Below, piece by piece: positions 16,497-25,665 of a stretch of 32,000 nucleotides of DNA; the stretch's first letter is position 1; each line of letters opens with the position of its first letter. The stretch spans positions 1,620,001 to 1,652,000 of the forward strand of contig NZ_CP008796.1 in assembly GCF_000734015.1 (NCBI RefSeq). Reading direction: 5' to 3'. The notes below the pieces were generated by a model that worked only from the letters and a program-made list of their open reading frames with translations, was not told where the DNA came from and ran no database searches. The stretch is from Thermodesulfobacterium commune DSM 2178. Its GTDB lineage: Bacteria > Desulfobacterota > Thermodesulfobacteria > Thermodesulfobacteriales > Thermodesulfobacteriaceae. A program made the translations under genes and the position numbers.

Positions 16497-17158
16497 AACT
16501 TATGACGTTTTTTGAGATAGTAAGAGGCCCTTTGGCTTGGGTGTCTTTTTTGGTCTTTTTTTTAGGTTTAGTTTATAACCTCTATAACTTTTTTAAAAGA
16601 GCTCAAAAAGATAAAGTACTCTATGGATATTTTAGTCTTAAACATACGCTTAGGTCTTATCTTTTTTGGCTTTTACCCTTTGGTAGCTATAGCATGAGAC
16701 AAAGACCTCTTTTTACCGCGATAAGTTATGTGTTTCATGTAGGGCTTTTGTTAACCCCTCTCTTTTTTTTAGGTCATATCGAAATGTGGAAGGAATCCTG
16801 GGGGATAAGCTGGTGGGCTTTACCTAATATTGTTTCTGATTTTTTAACAGTCTTAACCATTATCTGTGGAGTTATTTTACTTTTGAGACGTTTTTTGGTT
16901 AAAGATGTTAAATATTTAAGCACTCCTATAGATTATGCTCTTTTAGCTTTGGTGATCTTAGTTTTTTTAACCGGGTTTTTAGCAAGATATCAGTTGGTTT
17001 TTACCTATCAGGTTATAGCAGGTTTACATATCTTATCAGGAGAAATGATGTTAGTTCTTATTCCTTTTACTAAGCTTTCGCATATTTTTTATTTTTGGTT
17101 GATTAGAGCCTATACTGCCTCAGAGTTTGGTGCAGTTAGGCGGTCAAAGGACTATTGA
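16493..17158 (+). CDS. hmcE: NarI/DsrM/HmcE/TmcC-family membrane di-heme cytochrome b subunit (~220 aa)
   Basis: Five or six TM helices with conserved His residues (YVFHVGLL, GLHILSG) and the C-terminal IPFTKLSHIFY motif typical of the NarI-like family. The start could be GTG 16493 or ATG 16502. Confidence 0.75.
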   Translation: MKLMTFFEIVRGPLAWVSFLVFFLGLVYNLYNFFKRAQKDKVLYGYFSLKHTLRSYLFWLLPFGSYSMRQRPLFTAISYVFHVGLLLTPLFFLGHIEMWKESWGISWWALPNIVSDFLTVLTIICGVILLLRRFLVKDVKYLSTPIDYALLALVILVFLTGFLARYQLVFTYQVIAGLHILSGEMMLVLIPFTKLSHIFYFWLIRAYTASEFGAVRRSKDY

Positions 17159-17166
17159 GGAAAAAC

Positions 17167-18495
17167 ATGGAAGGGTTTGTAAGAAAACCGGTTTTTGATA
17201 TAGGGATAGACAAAACGATAGAACGATTAGACCAACAAAAGATTAAAAGGGCTATCGAGAGGGTTTTAAACGAAGAGGCTACGGTAAGATTTAAGATCTT
17301 TTTAGAAACTTGTATGCGCTGTGGAATGTGTTCTGAGTCTTGCCATCACTATCTTTCCCATGACAGAGACCCAAGTTATGCGCCGGCCTCAAAAGTAAAG
17401 CTCACCTTAGGAGACTTGGTTGCTAAAAAAGGCAAAATAGAAAAAGCCGATTTAAAGCGATATGCAAGGATTGCTTTTACCGAATGTAATCTTTGTCGCC
17501 GGTGTACTCAGTTTTGTCCCTTCGGTATTGATATTGCCTATTTGATCTCTTTGGTGAGAAGACTTTGTGGGGTTTTAGGGGTAGCTCCTCAGTTTATTCA
17601 GGACCAGGTCTACAGTCATATGTCTTCTTACAACATGCTCTGGTTTAAACAGGATGAGTGGATAGACACGATACAATGGATAGAAGACGAGCTAAGGTAT
17701 GAGATAAAAAATGCAAGGATCCCTCTTGGGAAAAAAGATGCAGACATTTTGTTACTTATTCATGGTCTTGAAGCTAAATACATGACTCCTTTGCTTTCTA
17801 ACATGCTTAAGATCATGCTTGTTTCAGGGGTTGATTTTACTTTACCTGACACAGACGGTTGGGATTATACCAATAAGTCTCTCTATATGCATGATTTTGA
17901 GACGATGACGTTGGTAACCAAAAGGCATTATGAAATAGCCTCTAAACTAAGGGTTAAAAGGATTTTGATTACAGAGTGCGGACATGCCTATAGAGCAGCG
18001 CTTTATGAATCAGCAAGACTTTTAGGCTGGAAAGAGGCCCCTATACCTTTTATCCATGCAGTAGAGTTTTTCTATGAGATTTTAACCCAGGGAAAGATAA
18101 AGATCGCTCATAAGGTTAAAGAAAAGGCTACCTTACAAGATCCTTGCAACATAGTGAGATACAGAGGGTTAGGACAAAAACTCAGATTTATAGTTAGGGA
18201 ACTTTGTGAAGATTTTGTGGAAATGACCCCTAATCAAGAATACAATTATTGTTGTAGTTCAGGAGGAGGGATGGTTGATGCAGGGCCTCCCTGGAAGGGG
18301 GCAAGGATAGAAGGAGGAAAAGTCAAGATAGAACAGATAAAAGAAACAGGGGCATCTTTAGTGATAGCACCTTGTCATACCTGTCATAAGGGGATAGAAG
18401 ATTTGATTGAGCACTATAAAGTAGAGGCCCATGTTAAATTTTTGGCAGACCTAATAGCAGAACATATGGAAATCCCTGAGAGGTTAAGACCTTAG
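17167..18495 (+). CDS. hmcF: HdrD/DsrK/HmcF/TmcB-family cytoplasmic FeS protein with CCG domains
   Basis: Two ferredoxin motifs (CMRCGMCSESC, CNLCRRCTQFCP). Cys-rich CCG-type regions (ECGHAYR, DPCNIVR, YCCSSGGG, APCHTCH). I chose the start at ATG 17167 (MEGFVRK) with GAGGA 5 nt upstream. The ORF-track TTG at 17155 is the alternative. Confidence 0.8.
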   Translation: MEGFVRKPVFDIGIDKTIERLDQQKIKRAIERVLNEEATVRFKIFLETCMRCGMCSESCHHYLSHDRDPSYAPASKVKLTLGDLVAKKGKIEKADLKRYARIAFTECNLCRRCTQFCPFGIDIAYLISLVRRLCGVLGVAPQFIQDQVYSHMSSYNMLWFKQDEWIDTIQWIEDELRYEIKNARIPLGKKDADILLLIHGLEAKYMTPLLSNMLKIMLVSGVDFTLPDTDGWDYTNKSLYMHDFETMTLVTKRHYEIASKLRVKRILITECGHAYRAALYESARLLGWKEAPIPFIHAVEFFYEILTQGKIKIAHKVKEKATLQDPCNIVRYRGLGQKLRFIVRELCEDFVEMTPNQEYNYCCSSGGGMVDAGPPWKGARIEGGKVKIEQIKETGASLVIAPCHTCHKGIEDLIEHYKVEAHVKFLADLIAEHMEIPERLRP

Positions 18496-18496
18496 G

Positions 18497-20107
18497 ATGA
18501 AGAAAGAAACAGTCTTGTTGATTTTAGGGTTAGGTTTGACGGTTTTATTCTGGTGCTGTTTGAGTAATCCCTTGGCTTTAACTGAACCCTTTAGAAAAGT
18601 GGAAAAAACTTTAACTCCTACAGAGGTCCAGAAAAATCTTCTTCTTATTAAACATCCTGAGGTTTTTGGGAGGTTAGAGTATGCCCCTGTTTTGTTTAAC
18701 CACCTAAAACATGTTAAGGCGTTAGAAAAAGAAGGTTGTGGGATTTGTCACCCGGTAGATAATAACAAGAATCTACGTTTTGTTTTTCCTAAGGAGTTTT
18801 TATCTGTTAAAGATCCAGAAAAGTTAAAAGACCTTTACCATCAAGCTTGCATTAAATGCCATCAACAGAAAAAGCTTGAGCAAAAACCTTATGGTCCGGT
18901 AAGACTTTCTTGTGGGGATTGCCATGTAAATATTTATGCGTACAAAGATATAAACTATCCTAAGTTTGATTTTGATTTTGTTTACCATGAAACCCATGTC
19001 AAAGAGTTAGACCAAAAATGTGAGAAGTGCCATCATACCTATGATTTAGAAGAACGTGATAAAGGGAAGGCTCTAAAATATATCAAAGGTAAAGAAGAAT
19101 CTTGCTACTATTGCCATGATTTTACTAAGAAGAAAGGTCCTGAGTTAACCAAGATATTGAAGATAGCTCAAGAAAAAAGTTTAAACCTTTCTCAGGCCTT
19201 TCATGGGTTATGTTTGAACTGTCATGTAGAATTAAAAAAGGATGGGAAAAAGGGTGGTCCGATAATCTGCAGTGATTGCCATAAAGGAGAAAAAAGGAGT
19301 TTGGAAGATCTGTCTAAAGCTCCAAGGCCAGATAGAGGACAAAAAGAGTTTTATTTGATGGAATTCCCTAAAGCTTCTAAGATGAAAGCAGTAGTGTTTA
19401 ATCACCGAATTCACCAGTTTACAGCCCAGAAATGTAGAGATTGTCATCATGAAAGACTTGAAGGGTGTCGGAATTGTCATACCTTAGAAGGTAGTCCTAA
19501 AGGGAATTTTGTAAATGCTGTCACAGCTTTTCATTCAGTATTTTCAGACAGAAGCTGCCAGGGATGTCATCAAAAGGAAATAAATGCAAGAAAAGAATGT
19601 TTAGCTTGTCATCATCTTGACAAAAAAGAAACCTCTCGCACAGAAGTTGCTTCTGAAACTACTTGTGTTAAATGCCATATAGGTAGAGCGAGGTCTGATA
19701 TTAAAAATTTAAAACCCTATTCAGGAGAGATAAAATCTCAAATAGAAATAGAGGTTTTATCCAAGGAGTTTGAAAAGGCAACCATGCCTCATCAAAAGAT
19801 AGTGAAAAGTTTGGTTGCTAAGACCTCAGGCAATAGACTTGCGGTATACTTCCATGATAAGGAAGAAACCCTGTGTAAAGGATGTCATCATAAAACGAAC
19901 CCTGAAGGGAAAATAAAAGGACAAGAGGTTAAATGCAGTTCTTGCCATGGAATAAGTTTTGATGCTTTACACCCTGAAAGGCCAAGACTACAGGCAGCTT
20001 ATCATGGACAGTGTATTAAATGCCATGAGTATTTAAAGATAGAAAAGGCTATGAGTTGTGATAGTTGCCATAAACCTAAAAAAGAGAGAGGTTTACCTAG
20101 TTTTTAG
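18497..20107 (+). CDS. hmcA: Periplasmic 16-heme high-molecular-weight cytochrome c (HmcA type), 536 aa
   Basis: I count exactly 16 CxxCH motifs: CGICH, CIKCH, CGDCH, CEKCH, CYYCH, CLNCH, CSDCH, CRDCH, CRNCH, CQGCH, CLACH, CVKCH, CKGCH, CSSCH, CIKCH, CDSCH. There are many additional distal His residues and an N-terminal signal/anchor helix. Confidence 0.9.
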   Translation: MKKETVLLILGLGLTVLFWCCLSNPLALTEPFRKVEKTLTPTEVQKNLLLIKHPEVFGRLEYAPVLFNHLKHVKALEKEGCGICHPVDNNKNLRFVFPKEFLSVKDPEKLKDLYHQACIKCHQQKKLEQKPYGPVRLSCGDCHVNIYAYKDINYPKFDFDFVYHETHVKELDQKCEKCHHTYDLEERDKGKALKYIKGKEESCYYCHDFTKKKGPELTKILKIAQEKSLNLSQAFHGLCLNCHVELKKDGKKGGPIICSDCHKGEKRSLEDLSKAPRPDRGQKEFYLMEFPKASKMKAVVFNHRIHQFTAQKCRDCHHERLEGCRNCHTLEGSPKGNFVNAVTAFHSVFSDRSCQGCHQKEINARKECLACHHLDKKETSRTEVASETTCVKCHIGRARSDIKNLKPYSGEIKSQIEIEVLSKEFEKATMPHQKIVKSLVAKTSGNRLAVYFHDKEETLCKGCHHKTNPEGKIKGQEVKCSSCHGISFDALHPERPRLQAAYHGQCIKCHEYLKIEKAMSCDSCHKPKKERGLPSF

Positions 20108-20116
20108 GGAGAAAAA

Positions 20117-20233
20117 ATGTATATATGGGAAAAACTTTTTAGTTATCATGGTGCGGAATATGTAATTTCTGGAGCCGCGTTTTTTATGTTCATCCTGCTT
20201 TTTTTATGGTTTAAGTCTAAGAAAAAGTTTTAG
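20117..20233 (+). CDS. Small single-TM peptide (38 aa), possible HmcD-like subunit; absent from the ORF track
   Basis: My translation: MYIWEKLFSYHGAEYVISGAAFFMFILLFLWFKSKKKF. GGGAG lies 6-7 nt upstream of the ATG. It fills the hmcA-hmcB gap exactly, with one hydrophobic helix followed by a basic tail. Confidence 0.4.
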   Translation: MYIWEKLFSYHGAEYVISGAAFFMFILLFLWFKSKKKF

Positions 20234-20242
20234 GAAATAGGT

Positions 20243-21202
20243 ATGAAGAGAAGGAATTTTTTGAAAGGTTTTTTGAGTTTGCCTGGGCTTTTGGGAATAG
20301 ATACTGCCTCTAAATTTATCGAAGAAGAAAGAGCTTTTAAAACCATCCATACCCAGGCCAACGCTAAAAACTGGGAGATTTACCTAAAAAGAAAAGAGAG
20401 CAAGTACGAACCTAAAGAAGGAAGTTATGGCGTACTTTTTGATGCTACTAAATGTATAGGGTGTCGTAGATGTGAATGGGCCTGTAATGAATGGAATAAA
20501 AACCCTAATCAGCCGATAGAAAATTTTGAAAGGTCAAGATTTGAAATCAATTCAGTTTTTGAAAAAATTAGAAGACCTTCTGCCGGTGCTTTTACGGTAG
20601 TAAATCGGTTTGATGTTGACGGAAAAGTTATCTATGTAAAAAAACAATGTATGCACTGTTTAGACCCAGCCTGTGCTTCTTCGTGTTTTGTTGGGGCATT
20701 TACAAGGACAGAAGAAGGGGCGGTGATCTATAATCCTACGGTATGCGTAGGATGTAGGTATTGTATGGTTGCCTGTCCTTTTGACATTCCTGCCTATGAA
20801 TACTATGACCCTTTAACCCCACAGGTTACTAAATGCACGATGTGCTTTGACAGGATGGTTGAAGGCAAAGTACCTGCCTGTGTGGCTGTTTGTTCGGCTG
20901 ATGCCTTGAAGTTTGGGAAACGGGAGGAGTTATTAAAACTTGCTTATAAATTGATTGCAGACAACCCACATAGATACTATCCTAAGGTCTATGGGGAGGA
21001 CGATTTTGGTGGGACAAGCTGGTTATATCTCTCTCCTGTTCCTTTTGAAAAGATAGGATTACCTACTGGACTTAAAAAAAGTCCGGCGGTTTATACCAGA
21101 AACTATCTTTTTGCGGTAAAGGTGTTAGAAATTTTAGCCTCCCCGGTGCTGGTCTACTTAGCTTATAAGGCTATGTCTAAGAAGGGTAAAGACGAGGAAT
21201 AA
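20243..21202 (+). CDS. hmcB: Tat-exported four-cluster FeS subunit with C-terminal TM anchor (HmcB/DsrO/NrfC/PsrB type)
   Basis: Twin-arginine leader MKRRNFLKG. Motifs CIGCRRCEWAC, CMHCLDPACASSC, CVGCRYCMVACP and CTMCFDR...CVAVC. Hydrophobic helix near the C-terminus (VLEILASPVLVYLAY). Confidence 0.85.
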   Translation: MKRRNFLKGFLSLPGLLGIDTASKFIEEERAFKTIHTQANAKNWEIYLKRKESKYEPKEGSYGVLFDATKCIGCRRCEWACNEWNKNPNQPIENFERSRFEINSVFEKIRRPSAGAFTVVNRFDVDGKVIYVKKQCMHCLDPACASSCFVGAFTRTEEGAVIYNPTVCVGCRYCMVACPFDIPAYEYYDPLTPQVTKCTMCFDRMVEGKVPACVAVCSADALKFGKREELLKLAYKLIADNPHRYYPKVYGEDDFGGTSWLYLSPVPFEKIGLPTGLKKSPAVYTRNYLFAVKVLEILASPVLVYLAYKAMSKKGKDEE

Positions 21203-21204
21203 AG

Positions 21205-22401
21205 ATGGAAAAGTTTGATTTAAAGGGATTTAAACAAAAGTTGCTCTTAGCTCCAGATTTTAAGTCTTATGTTTTTGGGCTCTTTACTCCTTGGAATGTG
21301 ATAGCAGGAATAATTTTGCTTTTTGGTTTTTACGCGATGGTTTATAGGCTTATTTTTGGCCTTGGTCCTGCGACCAACTTAAATAACGACTATCCTTGGG
21401 GGCTGTGGATAGCCTTTGACATTTTAGCAGGTATCGCCCTTGCAGCTCCTGGGTTAACCTTAGGAACTGTGGTATATCTTTTTAGACTGAAAGATTACAA
21501 GAGTTTTGCCAGACCTGCCATCCTTTCAAGCCTGTTAGGATATGTTTTTGCGGTTATAGCCCTTCTTTTTGACCTTGGAAGGTATTATCGGGTGTTTTAT
21601 CCTATCGTTTGGTCCTGGGGTTTAGAATCGGTGCTGTTTTTAGTTGGTTGGCATTTCTTTCTGTATATCATCATCTGTGTGGTTGAGTGGTTCCCTTCCT
21701 TTTTTGAATGGTTAGGGCAAGAAAGGTTGAGAAACTTCTTTTCTTCCTTGGGGATTTGGGCTACGGCTTTTGGGGTGATCATAGCCGGTGGCCATCAGTC
21801 AGCCTTAGGAGCACTTTTTTTGATAGCTCCAACCAAGCTACATCCCCTCTGGTATTCTCCTTTGTTGCCTCTGTTTTTCCTTATTACAGCAGTATTAGGT
21901 GGAATGGCTGTGGTGGTGATAGAAAGTGCGATTACCCATAGATATTTTAAACATCAGCTAAAAAGGTTTGACCAAAAGGCATTTGATAAAAAGACCCTTG
22001 GTCTTGGAAAAGCTTTGGCTGTAGTTTTGACGTTATATCTTCTTCTTAGGGGATTGGACCTGTTCCATCAAGAAAAACTACACTATATAAATTTAAGTTC
22101 TACCTATGGAGTCCTTTTTGTGTTAGAACATTTGCTTTTTGGTGTAATTCCATTGATTTTACTTTTATGGGCCGTAAAGGAAGAAAAACCTTTTTGGGTT
22201 AGGATATTGTCTTTTTGGATAGCCCTGGGGATAATAGTTAATCGTCTGATCGTCTGTTTGATTGCCTATAACTGGTATATTCCTTGGTCTCAAAAATACT
22301 ATCCCTCTTGGATGGAGGTTGCGCTTTCTCTTTCGATGGTTGTGTTAATCATCTTGTCTACCAGGTTTATGATAAGAAGACTTCCTATCCTTTCAGACTA
22401 A
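21205..22401 (+). CDS. hmcC: NrfD/PsrC/HmcC/DsrP-family integral membrane quinone-interacting subunit (398 aa)
   Basis: About ten TM helices. The gene starts 2 nt after the stop of the FeS subunit gene. Size and hydrophobicity pattern fit the NrfD family. Confidence 0.8.
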   Translation: MEKFDLKGFKQKLLLAPDFKSYVFGLFTPWNVIAGIILLFGFYAMVYRLIFGLGPATNLNNDYPWGLWIAFDILAGIALAAPGLTLGTVVYLFRLKDYKSFARPAILSSLLGYVFAVIALLFDLGRYYRVFYPIVWSWGLESVLFLVGWHFFLYIIICVVEWFPSFFEWLGQERLRNFFSSLGIWATAFGVIIAGGHQSALGALFLIAPTKLHPLWYSPLLPLFFLITAVLGGMAVVVIESAITHRYFKHQLKRFDQKAFDKKTLGLGKALAVVLTLYLLLRGLDLFHQEKLHYINLSSTYGVLFVLEHLLFGVIPLILLLWAVKEEKPFWVRILSFWIALGIIVNRLIVCLIAYNWYIPWSQKYYPSWMEVALSLSMVVLIILSTRFMIRRLPILSD

Positions 22402-22557
22402 TCGCTGTCCTTTTTGGGACAAACTTTAGTCCAAATAGGTTAATCGTTTAGGAGAAAGAGTCTTTATAGGCAAGTAAGTTTGTTTCTGTTTTTAGGCATA
22501 AATTTTGTTATTAAACTCCATAAAAACTTGGGGTAAAAAGCAGGCAGGGGAGGGCAT

Positions 22558-24645
22558 ATGAAAAAACAGGTGTTTTCTGTATGTGGGATGTGTTCTGCAA
22601 GGTGTCCTATAAGGGTTGAGGTAACAGATGGAAGGATTACCTGGATAGAGGGTAATCCCTATGCAGCTGGTATCGAGGGTTCAATGTGTGCCAGGGGCTC
22701 TGCTGGGTTGGTTCACGTATATGATTTTGAGCGTCCTCAAGGCCCTATGGTAAGGATAGGGGAGAGAGGGTCAGGAGAGTGGAAAAGGGTTTCTTGGGAT
22801 GAAGCTTTGAACTATATTGCCAACAGACTTTCTGAGATAATTGGTAAATACGGACCTAAGTCAGTGGCTCTTTTAGACCGAGGAGGTGGTCTTTTTGGAG
22901 AAATGCAAAGGGTTTTTATCAAGGCGATAGGTTCTCCTAACTATTTTAACCATGATGACCTGTGTAGAAAAGACGCAGATTTAGCACTTCAAAGTTTAAT
23001 CGGTATTCCGAGAAATCAAATAAGTTATGATTTTGCTAACGCCAGACATATAGTGTCCTTTGGTAGGGCCTTTTTTGATGCGGTGGTGGTTAAAGAGGCT
23101 AACAATGTGTTAAAAGCCTTAGAAAAGGGAGCTAAACTTACCTATTTTGACCCAAGGGTAAACGTAACTGCCACCAAGGCAACACGATACTTAAGAATCA
23201 GACCTGGGACAGACTATGCTGTAGTACTGGCTTTGATCCATCAAATTTTAAAAGAAGATTTATACGACAGGGATTTTGTAAATAAATACATGTTGGGTAT
23301 TACAGATTTAGAAGAATTTATAAAACCTTATACTCCAAAGTGGGCTGAAGCAGAGTCTGGAGTTCCTGAGTACCAAATCATAAAATTGGCAAGAGAACTT
23401 TCTGAGGCTAAGCCAAGGGTGATAATCTATCCTTACTGGTTTGGTGCAAGGTATACAGATTCTTTCTATTATGCCAGGGCAGTCTGGATATTAAACTTTT
23501 TACTTGGGAATTTGGAACAAAAAGGAGGTTTGATTTTAGCTAAATCTCCTAAAGAGGTAGGGGCTCAACCGTTAAAAAGTCTCTTAGACCCCATTCCAGC
23601 CCCTCAAGATAAACGAATTGAGGCTGAATTAGGTAAGGGATTTTTGTATGATGGAGCTGGCCATATCTTACATCTATACAAAGCGATCAAAACTGAAGAA
23701 CCCTATCCTATAAAAGCACTTTTTGTGTATAGATATGACCCCTTTGCAGGGATGCCGTTAGAAGATATTAAGGAAATCACCAGGAAACTTGAACTTTTAG
23801 TCCATATTCCTGTAGATTATGGTACTACCAGTTGGTTTGCCGATGTTATCCTTCCAGAATCAACCTATCTTGAAAGGGATGACATCATTGGTTTACAGAG
23901 AGGGGCTAAACCTGCTTTTATTTTAAGAAGGAAGGCCATCGACCCGGTTTACGATACCAAACCCAGGTGGTGGATTTTTACCCAGTTATGTAAAAAGCTT
24001 GGTTTGGAAAAATACGTCCCCTATGAAAGTATTGAGGACATCTGGAATTATCAATTAGAGGGTACAGGGATAAAAATCGAGGACTTTGAGGCTAAGGGTT
24101 TTGTTTCGCTTTGTAAGGAGCAGGTTCTTTATTCTCGGGATCAGCTAAAGTTTAAAACTCCTTCCGGAAAGATCGAAATTGTTTCTTCCAAGATGCAAGA
24201 AAGAGAGGTACCAATCTTTTATCCTTATAAAACTCCAGAGAAACCTAAGGTAGAAGAGGGAGAGTTTAGACTTATTTTTGGAAGAGCAGCCATGCATACC
24301 CATGTTAGGACCCAGAATAATCCGTTATTGAATGAAATCAAACCAGAAAACGAACTCTGGATAAACGACGAGGTAGCAGAAAGATTAGGGATAAAAGATG
24401 GGGATTGGGTAGAGGTTTCCTCAGGAGACTATACAGGAAAAATCAAGGCCAAAGTAACTCCTTTTATCCATCCTGAGGCAGTGTTTATGGTAAGAGGATA
24501 TCAAAATGACATTCCCTGGCTAAGCAGGGTTTATGGTAAAGGGCTTAACGAGGGAAGATTGCTTAAAGGAGCTTTTGATAAATTTGCATTAGGAAGCCAT
24601 ACAGGTGTTCTTTTTGAAAACTTTGTAAAAGTCAAAAAAGCTTAA
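22558..24645 (+). CDS. Cytoplasmic (Tat-less) molybdopterin (bis-MGD) oxidoreductase catalytic subunit, Psr/Phs-like, 695 aa
   Basis: The N-terminus MKKQVFSVCGMCSARCPIRVEVTDGRITWIEGNP...SMCARGSAG carries the CX2CX3C...C FS0 cluster motif in the form seen in polysulfide/thiosulfate reductase A subunits. A candidate Mo-ligand Cys sits in NHDDLCRKD. There is no RR leader. The RBS is GGGGAGGG. Confidence 0.85.
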   Translation: MKKQVFSVCGMCSARCPIRVEVTDGRITWIEGNPYAAGIEGSMCARGSAGLVHVYDFERPQGPMVRIGERGSGEWKRVSWDEALNYIANRLSEIIGKYGPKSVALLDRGGGLFGEMQRVFIKAIGSPNYFNHDDLCRKDADLALQSLIGIPRNQISYDFANARHIVSFGRAFFDAVVVKEANNVLKALEKGAKLTYFDPRVNVTATKATRYLRIRPGTDYAVVLALIHQILKEDLYDRDFVNKYMLGITDLEEFIKPYTPKWAEAESGVPEYQIIKLARELSEAKPRVIIYPYWFGARYTDSFYYARAVWILNFLLGNLEQKGGLILAKSPKEVGAQPLKSLLDPIPAPQDKRIEAELGKGFLYDGAGHILHLYKAIKTEEPYPIKALFVYRYDPFAGMPLEDIKEITRKLELLVHIPVDYGTTSWFADVILPESTYLERDDIIGLQRGAKPAFILRRKAIDPVYDTKPRWWIFTQLCKKLGLEKYVPYESIEDIWNYQLEGTGIKIEDFEAKGFVSLCKEQVLYSRDQLKFKTPSGKIEIVSSKMQEREVPIFYPYKTPEKPKVEEGEFRLIFGRAAMHTHVRTQNNPLLNEIKPENELWINDEVAERLGIKDGDWVEVSSGDYTGKIKAKVTPFIHPEAVFMVRGYQNDIPWLSRVYGKGLNEGRLLKGAFDKFALGSHTGVLFENFVKVKKA

Positions 24646-24659
24646 GAAGGAGGGGAGTT

Positions 24660-25166
24660 ATGAGCCTTTATTATATATATCAGGACCACAACAGATGTAT
24701 CGGTTGTTTTGCCTGTGAAGTTCACTGTAAAACCAACAAAGGGTTAGGCCCTGGGCCAAGGCTTTGCAGGATCATCCCAACCGAAATCAAAGCTATAAAC
24801 GAACAGGTGGTTCAACGGTTTATCTTTATGCCCTGTTTTCATTGTGAAGACCCCTGGTGTGTAAAAGCCTGCCCCACAGGAGCTATGCAGAAAAGGGCTA
24901 AAGATGGAATAGTTTTTGTAGAACCAAATCTTTGTGTTGGTTGTAAAAACTGTATCACTGCCTGTCCCTGGGGTATTCCTCAGTTTAACCCAGAGACCGG
25001 GAAAGTAGTTAAGTGTGACTATTGTAAAGACAGGATTGACCAGGGACTTTTACCTGCTTGTGTGTCTAAATGTACTACCCATGCTTTAAAATGGGTTTCA
25101 ACTCAAGAAGCTTCTACTATTAAAAGAGAAAAGTTTGTAAAGGAAGCCTATGCTAACCTCTATTAA
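24660..25166 (+). CDS. Four-[4Fe-4S] ferredoxin-type electron-transfer subunit (PsrB/HycB-like, 168 aa, no signal, no TM)
   Basis: 17 Cys residues grouped as [37 protein letters not shown] and CDYCKDR...CVSKC. RBS GAAGGAGGGG. The 3' end overlaps or abuts the nuoB start. Confidence 0.85.
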   Translation: MSLYYIYQDHNRCIGCFACEVHCKTNKGLGPGPRLCRIIPTEIKAINEQVVQRFIFMPCFHCEDPWCVKACPTGAMQKRAKDGIVFVEPNLCVGCKNCITACPWGIPQFNPETGKVVKCDYCKDRIDQGLLPACVSKCTTHALKWVSTQEASTIKREKFVKEAYANLY

Positions 25167-25665
25167 GATGGAAAACCCTACGGTTGAAATAGCAGACGGG
25201 GTAAAGTTGGTAAAGGGGACTGATAGTGTCCTTCTCACCACCCTTGATAAACTCATAAACTGGGGCCGGGCGAATTCGCTTTGGCCCCTTACCTTTGGGC
25301 TTGCCTGTTGTGCTATAGAGATGATGGCAGCCGGTGCCAGTCACTATGATTTTGATAGGTTAGGGGTTCTTTTTAGAGCCTCTCCTCGTCAAGCAGATTT
25401 GATGATAGTAGCCGGAACGGTTACCTATAAAATGGCTCCGATTGTGAGAAGGCTTTATGATCAGATGCCAGAGCCTAAGTTCGTTATTGCGGTAGGTAGC
25501 TGTGCCTCAACCGGAGGAATTTTTCAAACCTATAGTGTTTTGCAAGGGGTAGACCAGATCCTTCCGGTAGATGTTTACATACCTGGTTGTCCACCAAGGC
25601 CAGAGGCTTTTTTCCAGGGGATTATAAAATTACAACAAAAAATTTTAGAAGGTTATAACAAATGA
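25150..25665 (+). CDS. nuoB: NADH:quinone oxidoreductase (complex I) subunit B, N2 cluster carrier
   Basis: [16 protein letters not shown]...GSCASTGG...IPGCPPRPE is the canonical NuoB/Nqo6 signature. The start is ATG 25150 (AAGGAAG upstream, 17-nt overlap with the FeS gene) or ATG 25168. Confidence 0.9.
   Translation: MLTSIKMENPTVEIADGVKLVKGTDSVLLTTLDKLINWGRANSLWPLTFGLACCAIEMMAAGASHYDFDRLGVLFRASPRQADLMIVAGTVTYKMAPIVRRLYDQMPEPKFVIAVGSCASTGGIFQTYSVLQGVDQILPVDVYIPGCPPRPEAFFQGIIKLQQKILEGYNK

Noticed and set aside
22406-22421. Short hairpin TGTCC-TTTTTG-GGACA just after hmcC, considered as a terminator separating the Hmc-like cluster from the Mo-enzyme/nuo operon.
   Set aside because: The stem is only 5 bp and no U-tract follows. 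That is too weak to call. Whether 15294-32000 is one transcript or two remains open.
22402-22557. I looked for a Moco riboswitch or a clear sigma70 promoter in the 157-nt region upstream of the Mo-enzyme gene.
   Set aside because: I could not recognise conserved riboswitch sequence or structure blocks. The only promoter-like element is a weak TGtTATTAA extended -10 with no -35. Not reportable by eye.
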